Positions 1 through 7,650 of a stretch of 64,000 nt of DNA are shown in pieces. Origin of the DNA: an uncultured Collinsella sp. (GTDB taxonomy: Bacteria > Actinomycetota > Coriobacteriia > Coriobacteriales > Coriobacteriaceae); assembly GCA_905199225.1 (NCBI GenBank), contig CAJKFS010000001.1, forward strand, positions 7,895 through 71,894. Direction: 5' to 3'. The number at the start of each line of letters is the position of its first letter. Position 1 is the first letter of the stretch. Below the pieces are notes generated by a model, which worked only from the letters and a program-made list of their open reading frames with translations, did not search any database and was not told the origin of the DNA. The translations under genes and the position numbers were made by a program.

Positions 1-60
1 GTATGACCTTCCGCATGCCGGCCTCCCATCATTTGTGATGCTGTTTTTGTGATGGGCGAG

Positions 61-105
61 GAGCACACCCTACACCATCTCATAGAGATGGTGTAGGGTG
101 TGCTC
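61..105. repeat. Perfect inverted repeat (hairpin): GAGCACACCCTACACCATCTC - ATA - GAGATGGTGTAGGGTGTGCTC, a 21-bp stem with a 3-nt loop
   Basis: Read directly from the sequence; the two arms are exact reverse complements. The right arm is also the start of the duplicated element (copy A). Confidence 0.9.
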
Positions 106-190
106 CTGTAATACAAAAGTTCTTTGAGGGCTTTAGGGCGATGCTTTCAGTTGGGGAGCGTTGTCTTTTTTGAGTGTAATGTCTGACATA
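85..190 (+). repeat. Copy A of a ~105-bp duplicated intergenic element, located ~220 bp upstream of the Abi_2 gene
   Basis: Aligns at ~80% identity with 5190-5300 in the same orientation (GAGATGGTGTAG...CAATACAAAAG...GCTTTA.GGGCGA.GCTTTC...TTTTTT...TGTAATGT). Confidence 0.8.
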
Positions 191-410
191 TTTCCCAAGT
201 GTTGTTTCATTTGCTTGATAGACAAGGGTGTCTGAATTTGGGTTTTATGGTTTGCTGCTCGACTCAAATATTTAACGTTGATTTTTGGATCGATAATCAG
301 TAGACTATCTGAACAGCGGTATTGACGCGGATAACCTACGGGTCCCGCGTCCTGCAGAAAGGCGGCTGTCCTTCTTGGGATGGCTGCCTTTCTTCATTTG
401 AGGAGCCTCA

Positions 411-1352
411 ATGACAGCAAAGCCTTTCTTGCCCATTGACGATCAAGTCAGATTGCTTAAGCAAAGGGGTTTGACTGTTGACGACAACACGGCTCGCATT
501 CTGATGAGCGAGGGTTATTACTCGATTGTTAACGGCTATAAGGATCCGTTTATTGATATGAGCTTAAGCTCGAAGTTCAATGAGGACCGGTATCGCAGCG
601 GCGCAACCTTTTCGGACCTATATTCATTGTTTACGTTCGATAGGGAGTTGAGGTCTCTAACATTTAAGTTTCTCATATTAGCCGAGGCCAAAATAAAGAC
701 CGCGATCGCGTACACCTTTTCGAATGTTCATCGTGGTCCCAATGACTATTACTTGCAGTCTTCATTTTGTACTCAAGACGAATATTCTGCGACGGGAAAA
801 GACGAGGCGAGATACGCCCGTGAGATTTCCAATCTGACGAGCATACTTAGCCGCAGGGCATTAAAAAGTAAATCTGAATTTGTTGCTCACTATCGCAATG
901 AATATGGTTCGGTGCCGCTGTGGGTTCTGGTTAATGATTTGACGTTTGGAAACATGGAGCATTTCTACAATCTGATGAAGCCCGGCGAGCGGCGTACTTT
1001 TTGCAAAATGATTGTAGATGCAACTGGGAAAACCGGATCGAAGAAAAGCGGTTTCTTTAGCGAAAAGGCCGCTCAACTTTCAATTGAAACACTCGTTAAA
1101 TTCCGTAACGTTTGCGCCCATGACGAGCGTCTTTATTGTGCTATGGTCGGAGGGCGCAAGAACATTAACTACATCCAGATGGTGTGGATGCTCAAACGTT
1201 ATCTGACCGAGATTGAATTCAGAACGTTTGTCGAAGAGTTGACGGCTCTGCTGAGTAGGTATTTGAAAACCTACGCGATAAAGCACATACTCGACCAAAT
1301 TGGATTTGTTGAGCTGCTTCAAAAGTCACAAGATGCCACCCTGTTCGATTGA
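411..1352 (+). CDS. Abi_2 family (AbiD/AbiF-like) abortive-infection protein
   Basis: The N-terminus KPFLPIDDQVRLLKQRGLTVDD...GYYSIVNGYKDPF matches the conserved Abi_2 N-terminal signature. Local GC is low (~45-48%). The ATG at 411 is preceded by GAGGAG. Confidence 0.85.
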   Translation: MTAKPFLPIDDQVRLLKQRGLTVDDNTARILMSEGYYSIVNGYKDPFIDMSLSSKFNEDRYRSGATFSDLYSLFTFDRELRSLTFKFLILAEAKIKTAIAYTFSNVHRGPNDYYLQSSFCTQDEYSATGKDEARYAREISNLTSILSRRALKSKSEFVAHYRNEYGSVPLWVLVNDLTFGNMEHFYNLMKPGERRTFCKMIVDATGKTGSKKSGFFSEKAAQLSIETLVKFRNVCAHDERLYCAMVGGRKNINYIQMVWMLKRYLTEIEFRTFVEELTALLSRYLKTYAIKHILDQIGFVELLQKSQDATLFD

Positions 1353-1594
1353 GGCTGAGGGCGTCGATACGGTTGAGTTGTCCTGCAATTGATATCCAAA
1401 TGATTGCACGACAATCTCTATCGAGTATCCAACTTTGCAGAATTATGAGCTGTGGTCAATGAGATGGTCGATGAGTTCGACGGTGGAGTGGTCACTATCT
1501 TTTACATTGAAGCCTAAGGCGATGGACATGCTTTAGATGGGACCGTTCTCACGTGCTGCTGGTTCATGAAGAGTTTTAGACAATTAGAATTAGT

Positions 1595-3421
1595 TTGGAC
1601 ATGGCTTATTTATCAAGGGGGCTGGCAAGAATGCGTCGCAATATCTTTCTGGGTTTTGGTTGTAGCGGCTATCGCTCCTTTTTCGGAAGTGAAGACTCGC
1701 GCTTCGGTCCATTTGATAAAGTCCAAGTCCTAGCGGGACAGAATAACTGCGGAAAATCGTCTCTTGTTGATTTTGTTATTAAGGCAATGACATCCATTGA
1801 CCAAAGAGGGGAAATCGCCCGCAATCGCTATCCCTTCACTAGGGAAGATGCGCCCTTGCTGCTGAAATCAGCGGGGGCAAATGACCCGTTGACTATTTCC
1901 CTGTGTATAGATCGATCTGTTTTATTGGAGTCCTCCAGTTTAAAGCGACCTTCTGGAGATAAGCGGATGGCAGAGCTTTCTGAGTTATTTTCCCGTCCGC
2001 CGTATATATCAAACGATGGAGATGGCGTTTGGCTTGACTTTCTAACGGCGTCGCCGGCTGCTGGGTCGTCTTTAGTAAATGATCTGATTGCGTCTTTCTC
2101 GCAGTATAAAAGTGCAGGCTTGTCTATGGACCTGAATCGCTGCTCCCTTGATCCTCTCCAACACGGCGGTGATGACGAATCGTGCTATGCCGACATAATC
2201 CGCAGTATTGTCCCGTGGGGGAATATCCCTCGCTTTGTTAAGGTCGATGCAATTAGGTCGGTTGAAGACGATGATTTTCCAGATCGCGATGTCGATCTTT
2301 GCAGCGGACGCGGTCTTCCAACAGCTTTGCTTCGCTTGTTTAATCCGGAGCGTTCAAATCATGCTCGGGCAGAAGCGCGGCTGAATAAGCTGCAAGGATT
2401 CGTGCGCGATGTCATGAACGACCCCCGTGCCTCTCTGCTTGTTTCGCATGAAAGCCATGAGATATCTCTTAAGACTTCCGATGCCGATTACCTGCCGCTT
2501 GAATCTTTGGGTACGGGAGTTACGGAGCTCGTAATTCTCGCTTCGATTATTGCTTGCAACGACAACAGCATTATCTGTATTGAAGAACCCGAAATTCATC
2601 TGCACCCGGCTCTGCAGGCGAGGTTTATGAAATACCTTCTCGAGGACGATTCAAACCGATTTATCATCACTACGCATTCTCCAACTGTTATTAACTATCC
2701 TGGCGTTCAGGTTGCCCATGTGTCTAAGACAAATGGAGTTTCTGGATGCAGACAGCTTGACGGTCTGGGTTGTGCTCGCGATTTGCTTGATGATTTGGGG
2801 GTCAAGCCCTCCGATCTGTTGCAAGCAAACTTTGTAGTGTGGGTTGAGGGGCCCTCGGACCGCGTGTACCTGAATTATTGGATTAAGAGATGGTCTGATG
2901 AGCATAACATTTCGCTCGAAGAAGGTATTCATTACAGTGCAATGATTTACGGTGGCAAGTTGCTGAATGCACTAGATGCAAGTGCTGGCGAAGATATCCC
3001 CGCGGAGCTGATATCCCTCTTTAGAATCAATACTCATTTCTGCGTGCTGATGGATTCTGATAAGAAATCCTCTCATTCGAGACTTAATTCAACCAAGCGA
3101 CGCATTATTGACGAGTGCACACAGAACGGCGCAATGTCGTGGGTTACCTGGGGCGCAACAATTGAGAACTATGTTCCAGAAGATGTGCTTGCAGCTTCGA
3201 TTGAGAAATGTTATTCGGGTAAAAAATGGGAGCATCCCCTTGGTGACAGATTTATTTGCCCGCTGAGCTTTACGTTTAAGGGTGGGAAAACGCATCCAGA
3301 TAAAATTAGGATTGCAAGGACTGCCTGTGGGGCCGGTTTTTCTCCGTTGGGTGATGCAATGAAACGCGTGGCAGAGTTGTGCGATCTGATATGTGCGGCC
3401 AATGACGTTGAAACGCAGTAG
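1595..3421 (+). CDS. OLD-family nuclease with an N-terminal ABC/AAA_15-type ATPase and a C-terminal TOPRIM domain
   Basis: Walker A GQNNCGKSS. OLD/AAA_21-type Walker B/D-loop IICIEEPEIHLHP. TOPRIM glutamate motif VVWVEGPSDRVYL and DxD motif LMDSDKK. The 608-aa length is similar to P2 Old and GajA. Confidence 0.8.
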   Translation: MDMAYLSRGLARMRRNIFLGFGCSGYRSFFGSEDSRFGPFDKVQVLAGQNNCGKSSLVDFVIKAMTSIDQRGEIARNRYPFTREDAPLLLKSAGANDPLTISLCIDRSVLLESSSLKRPSGDKRMAELSELFSRPPYISNDGDGVWLDFLTASPAAGSSLVNDLIASFSQYKSAGLSMDLNRCSLDPLQHGGDDESCYADIIRSIVPWGNIPRFVKVDAIRSVEDDDFPDRDVDLCSGRGLPTALLRLFNPERSNHARAEARLNKLQGFVRDVMNDPRASLLVSHESHEISLKTSDADYLPLESLGTGVTELVILASIIACNDNSIICIEEPEIHLHPALQARFMKYLLEDDSNRFIITTHSPTVINYPGVQVAHVSKTNGVSGCRQLDGLGCARDLLDDLGVKPSDLLQANFVVWVEGPSDRVYLNYWIKRWSDEHNISLEEGIHYSAMIYGGKLLNALDASAGEDIPAELISLFRINTHFCVLMDSDKKSSHSRLNSTKRRIIDECTQNGAMSWVTWGATIENYVPEDVLAASIEKCYSGKKWEHPLGDRFICPLSFTFKGGKTHPDKIRIARTACGAGFSPLGDAMKRVAELCDLICAANDVETQ

Positions 3422-3447
3422 GTGAATTATCGACCTGTCAATCATGA

Positions 3448-4476
3448 TTGAGGGGTGCGGCAGCTTTGGACAATAGCGTTGCGTATGAGTTGTATCTATA
3501 CACGATTGATACTTACAAGAGACTTGCCAGCACGCTTCCACTTGATGAGAGGCTTGCCCGTTTCGATCCTAATTGCTTTTCGAAATTAGGTGAACTTGAG
3601 CTTGGGGATGAAGCGTTTGCTGCGGTCTCGGTGCGTCTTATGCTGCAGCGCAAGTATTTTGTGCGCGGAAAGGACTTGTTTCTCAGGAGGCTGCTCAAGT
3701 CTGCTGAACGGGACTTCGCTTCTAGTAAGGATGTGATTGAATCCTTGCTGGATAGTCTTGATGCCCTTAATAGCCAATCAATTGAGTTTGCCTTTGGGGA
3801 CGGCAAGGTTGTCGAGGGTGCCTTTGCAAACGTCGAAGATGTAATGTACGGAGTGCTGATGCACGCGGATATAACGCGGGCAGAGAACCTCGTCTCTGTT
3901 CCCGAACACATGAGACTGGTCGCCCTGGCACCGTATATCGCGGGGAGAGAACAGATTTTGCTGCAGTTCTCTGAGTTCCTTCTTAATGCTGGAATCAAGC
4001 CGCTATCGAGGAAAGAGGAAGCATCGGCAACTGTTTCGTTTGAATCAAAAGACGCTTGTCGCCAGATTGAGAATTCGCCATTTTGGCGAAATCTTCGCGG
4101 TAGAGATCTTGGGGATGAGGACATTGAGAAAAAGGTTCAGCAAGGTTCGCGCGATGATTTAGAGATAATCACCGCTGTTCTACTATTCAAAGAGGCGCTT
4201 GGCAGAAGGCCCCTGGACCCCAGCGAACTCAATTCCCTTGTCGCACGGGAGACCATTTTCAGATGGGGTGATTATTTGCAAGCCGCCGAGCTTTTGGAAG
4301 GGGATTATGGAATGAGCACTCTTGTTCGGTATCAAGAGGACGGCTCGGCCCTCGTAAAGCTTCTCCCAAACGTTCGAGAACCGTTTCTGATTGAGGGACC
4401 GCAGCTCATCGAGGGCGGGCATGAAATAGTTCTGGTGAAGCGGAACGGCATTTGGAAGATATGGGCTATGAGGTGA
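3448..4476 (+). CDS. Hypothetical protein of 342 aa with no recognisable motifs, co-oriented 26 bp downstream of the OLD-family gene
   Basis: Long ORF on the same strand with a TTG start. Codon usage and GC resemble the upstream OLD gene. I could recognise no catalytic motif. Confidence 0.55.
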   Translation: MRGAAALDNSVAYELYLYTIDTYKRLASTLPLDERLARFDPNCFSKLGELELGDEAFAAVSVRLMLQRKYFVRGKDLFLRRLLKSAERDFASSKDVIESLLDSLDALNSQSIEFAFGDGKVVEGAFANVEDVMYGVLMHADITRAENLVSVPEHMRLVALAPYIAGREQILLQFSEFLLNAGIKPLSRKEEASATVSFESKDACRQIENSPFWRNLRGRDLGDEDIEKKVQQGSRDDLEIITAVLLFKEALGRRPLDPSELNSLVARETIFRWGDYLQAAELLEGDYGMSTLVRYQEDGSALVKLLPNVREPFLIEGPQLIEGGHEIVLVKRNGIWKIWAMR

Positions 4477-4699
4477 CTCTTTTCATCTAGTTTGGACGGC
4501 CTTTTATCCATTGGCGGGCGACGTATCACTTCTTTTGCAATTTAACAGCCACATAGCGAGTACGGCCACGCCCAGTCATATGATTCCCGGCGCTAAATAG
4601 CAAATCACTGACGTGGGCGCATGGACCGCGTCTTCGAGAGTCGCAACAGTTGACGAGGAATCGTCGCGTAGGGATATAAAGAATCTGGTGAGTGCGTTA

Positions 4700-5135
4700 G
4701 CCAGAGATGGCTTTACCGGGTTGCCGATGGTGGAGCCGGGCGCTGGAAAAGTTCTTTGTCTTGTGACGATATGTTAAGATCGATACCGTTCAGTTCCCGG
4801 ATCCGCGGGTCGGTGTAGTTGGCGTTGTAGATTGTCGTGTGCACGTCTTCAACAAAGCGGCTTCGCCTGTTTTCGGTTTCTTGATGGCATGGAAGCTCAT
4901 CTTTTCTTGTTCCCCCAGGTCTCTTAAATTGCCTCGTCGAGAAGTTCTACAAAGAGCCTACTGTGACTTGCCAACTCATACACTGCAGTATAGCTTGCGC
5001 CCGCTTTCGCCTCGTGCCAGGCAAGCGGATCGTAGTAGGCGAGAACATTCAATACTGGAAGAAGGCATTGATATGGGAAGTGCCGTGCCTTTTTGCCACC
5101 AAAATGCCCACCGTGCTTAATGGCGTAATTCATAA
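4700..5135 (-). pseudogene. Probable decayed gene remnant in frameshifted fragments
   Basis: Two minus-strand protein-like fragments in different frames (...AYYDPLAWHEAKAGASYTAVYELASHSRLFVELLDEAI, then ...RFVEDVHTTIYNANYTDPRIRELNGIDLNISSQDKELFQRP). No intact ORF longer than 100 aa exists across 4480-5440. Confidence 0.3.
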
Positions 5136-5189
5136 GATTTGTTATGGTCTCGGCCGGCTAGTTACGGGCTGATTTCCTCAATCAAGGGG

Positions 5190-5300
5190 AGATGGTGTAG
5201 AGTATTTTCCTACAATACAAAAGCTCTTCGGGAGCTTTAAGGGCGACGCTTTCTGTTAGAGAGTGTTGCCCTTTTTTCATGCATGTAATGTGCGACGTGC
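5190..5300 (+). repeat. Copy B of the ~105-bp duplicated intergenic element, located ~145 bp upstream of the AbiL-like ATPase gene
   Basis: Same alignment as copy A. It lacks the left hairpin arm that copy A has. Confidence 0.8.
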
Positions 5301-5443
5301 TTGCTAAACGCCATTCCGGCAATGGGATGGTCGAGTGTGGGCGGTTTGCACCTTGCGCCTGCTGTCATTGGTGTAGCAAGCACTTGATTTAGCCTACTTA
5401 AAGTCTATAATCAAAGAAAAACTCTGATATACCTTTTAAAACA

Positions 5444-6682
5444 ATGAAAAGAATGTTGAGTACCATGCTTTGCCAGTTCACCTTCAGGAACTATAGATCC
5501 TATCGCGACGAGACCGAGCTTTCCATGCAGGCAACATCGATGAGGGAGTTCGAGCGTTCCCTCATAGAGTGCCCTGACGGGCAGAATTTCCTTCCGGTAG
5601 CTGCGGTGTACGGGCCTAACGCTGGCGGCAAGTCTAACCTGCTCGAAGCTCTTGACTATATTCGTTCGGCGGTGGCAAGGCCGATCAGATTGTTGTCTGC
5701 CAGCACTGATGTGCCAGAAGGTAACCGCTCTTCGATACCCCGTTGCTCTGCGTTCGAGTTCGATGACGTGTCGGCTGCTAAGCCCACCGAGTTCGAGCTC
5801 TACTATCGCGCAGGTGAGCATGAGTACCGCTATGCCCTGTCCGTGCATGCGGACGAGATTGTGTCCGAAGGACTGTGGCGGCGCAAATTGGGGGCGTCAC
5901 GCACAGCGATGCTGTTCGAGCGCGAGGGCACAGGGGTTGAGCTTGGTCCCACTCTGCGTAAGCTTGTCACGGCTGCGAGATTCAACCCGAGCCTGCCGTA
6001 CCTGTCGTTTCTCTGCATCAACTTTGACGCGCCGGTGGTCAAGGAGGCTGCCAGCTGGTTTCTTGACGGGGTGTTCCTGAACTATAACAGCTCCTATCTG
6101 GAGCAGATGCTCGAACAATTGCTCGACGAGGATGACTCACCCGAGGTCACGCGTTTTTTGTGCGCCGTTGATGTGCGTATTGATGGCTTCAGAGTGGAGA
6201 GGGCGCCGGAGTGGCGCGGCCAGCGCGTCTTCGTGAGGCACGAGGTGGGCGACAAGGCGTACGAGCTGCGTTTATCCGAGGAATCTGCCGGAACCCAGAA
6301 GCTCATGGGGTTGGCTGCGTATCTGATGACAGCGCTTGAGCGTGGTGGCACCGTTGTGGTAGACGAGCTCGACGCCAAACTGCACCCGAAGCTTCTTCGC
6401 TATGTGATTCTGCTGTTTAAGGATCCTGAGGTCAACAAGAGTGGCGCGCAGCTCATCTTCTCGTCCCAGGATGTGTCAACCATGCGAAACGATGTGTTCC
6501 GCCGTGACGAGATATGGTTCGCTGCGCGCGGCGAGGGGGAGGCGAGCCAACTGTGGTCTCTCGCCGACATCCACGAGGCAAACGGTAATCTGGTAAGCAA
6601 GAACGCGGCTCTCGACAAGCAATACCTGTCTGGTCGCTACGGCGCCGATCCGTATCTCACCCGCATCGAAGAGTGGGATTAG
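5444..6682 (+). CDS. AbiLi-like AAA_21/AAA_15 ATPase (ATP-binding partner of an RloB-type protein)
   Basis: Walker A YGPNAGGKSN. Walker B/D-loop VVVDELDAKLHPKL. The stop codon lies 1 nt before the start of the RloB-like gene. Confidence 0.8.
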   Translation: MKRMLSTMLCQFTFRNYRSYRDETELSMQATSMREFERSLIECPDGQNFLPVAAVYGPNAGGKSNLLEALDYIRSAVARPIRLLSASTDVPEGNRSSIPRCSAFEFDDVSAAKPTEFELYYRAGEHEYRYALSVHADEIVSEGLWRRKLGASRTAMLFEREGTGVELGPTLRKLVTAARFNPSLPYLSFLCINFDAPVVKEAASWFLDGVFLNYNSSYLEQMLEQLLDEDDSPEVTRFLCAVDVRIDGFRVERAPEWRGQRVFVRHEVGDKAYELRLSEESAGTQKLMGLAAYLMTALERGGTVVVDELDAKLHPKLLRYVILLFKDPEVNKSGAQLIFSSQDVSTMRNDVFRRDEIWFAARGEGEASQLWSLADIHEANGNLVSKNAALDKQYLSGRYGADPYLTRIEEWD

Positions 6683-6683
6683 C

Positions 6684-7304
6684 ATGCTGGCGAAGAAGTC
6701 GAAGGGCTGGCGTAGCGGCAAGCGCGAGGGCAAGGAGACCGAGCCTCGCTACTTTGAGGGTGTGCGTGCGGCGTTGGGCGCGGCGAACGAGCGTAAGGTT
6801 GCCATTGTCGTTAAGGGGACCGGCAAACACACGCTTGACCTACTTGACTTCGCCGTCGAACACTGCCGCTATGCGCCCGAGACATTCGACCATGTGTGGC
6901 TCGTGTATGACAAGGATGACTTTCCTGCGTCCGACTTTGACGCGATGGAGCGCAAATGCAACGAGCTCTCCGACGGTTCGAGGACCTTCCATGCGTTGTG
7001 GTCGAACCCCTGCTTCGAGCTGTGGCCGCTTCTGCACTTTCGCTACACGACCGCGCATATGTCCGCGTCCGACTGCCAGCATGTCCTCGCGCAGGAGATG
7101 TCGAGAGACCTGGGCATCGAGTACCGCAAGAACTTGGACGGGCTGTTCGAGGTGGTGGACGGCAAACGAGGCGAGGCATTGCAGCGTGTTGGGCGCCTCG
7201 TCACATACCATAGGGGGCTGGGTAACGTTAAGCCATCTGCGCAAAACCCTGCAACCAAGGTGGGCGAAATTTTCGATGTAATCGGGCCGTATCTGGTTGG
7301 CTAG
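6684..7304 (+). CDS. RloB-like / AbiLii-like protein (divergent TOPRIM)
   Basis: N-terminal GKETEPRYFEG motif, a central WLVYDKDDF motif, and SNPCFELWPLLHF. These are the characteristic RloB-family motifs. This frame is chosen over the overlapping frame at 6673. Confidence 0.85.
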   Translation: MLAKKSKGWRSGKREGKETEPRYFEGVRAALGAANERKVAIVVKGTGKHTLDLLDFAVEHCRYAPETFDHVWLVYDKDDFPASDFDAMERKCNELSDGSRTFHALWSNPCFELWPLLHFRYTTAHMSASDCQHVLAQEMSRDLGIEYRKNLDGLFEVVDGKRGEALQRVGRLVTYHRGLGNVKPSAQNPATKVGEIFDVIGPYLVG

Positions 7305-7650
7305 TCGAGTCTGTGGATTGGCTTTCCGGTTAGGGCGATTGGCGGATTATGATGCGCGATTGCAAATCCGGTGCGTAGGAGAAGTGCGGAGAAAAATCGA
7401 AACTCGCCGAGCATAGCCCGATTTCAGGCAACAAAACCGCAGGTCGCGGGTGCCCAAAACTAGGGTCTGGTCGACAGGTCTCGGTTTTTCACCCCACTTC
7501 CGAATTGGTCGCTCATTTAGCACTCTTGATGTCCCCACATCCTCTAAAAAAGTTCTTAAAACAGCCTTAAAGGCGTTCCAACTCGCGTTGACAGCGTAAA
7601 ATACGCATGTTTGACTATGACAGAAGTGGATTTTAGGGGAGGAGTACGCC

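Noticed and set aside
1595-3421. Calling the OLD-family gene Gabija GajA
   Set aside because: There is no UvrD-like helicase (GajB) adjacent. The next gene has no helicase motifs. A class-1 OLD nuclease or a fused PARIS-like AriAB remains possible and needs HMM discrimination.
6673-7281. Alternative +1 frame ORF overlapping the RloB-like gene (Arg/Ser/Thr-rich, 202 aa)
   Set aside because: Low-complexity translation. The 6684 frame carries the RloB motifs.
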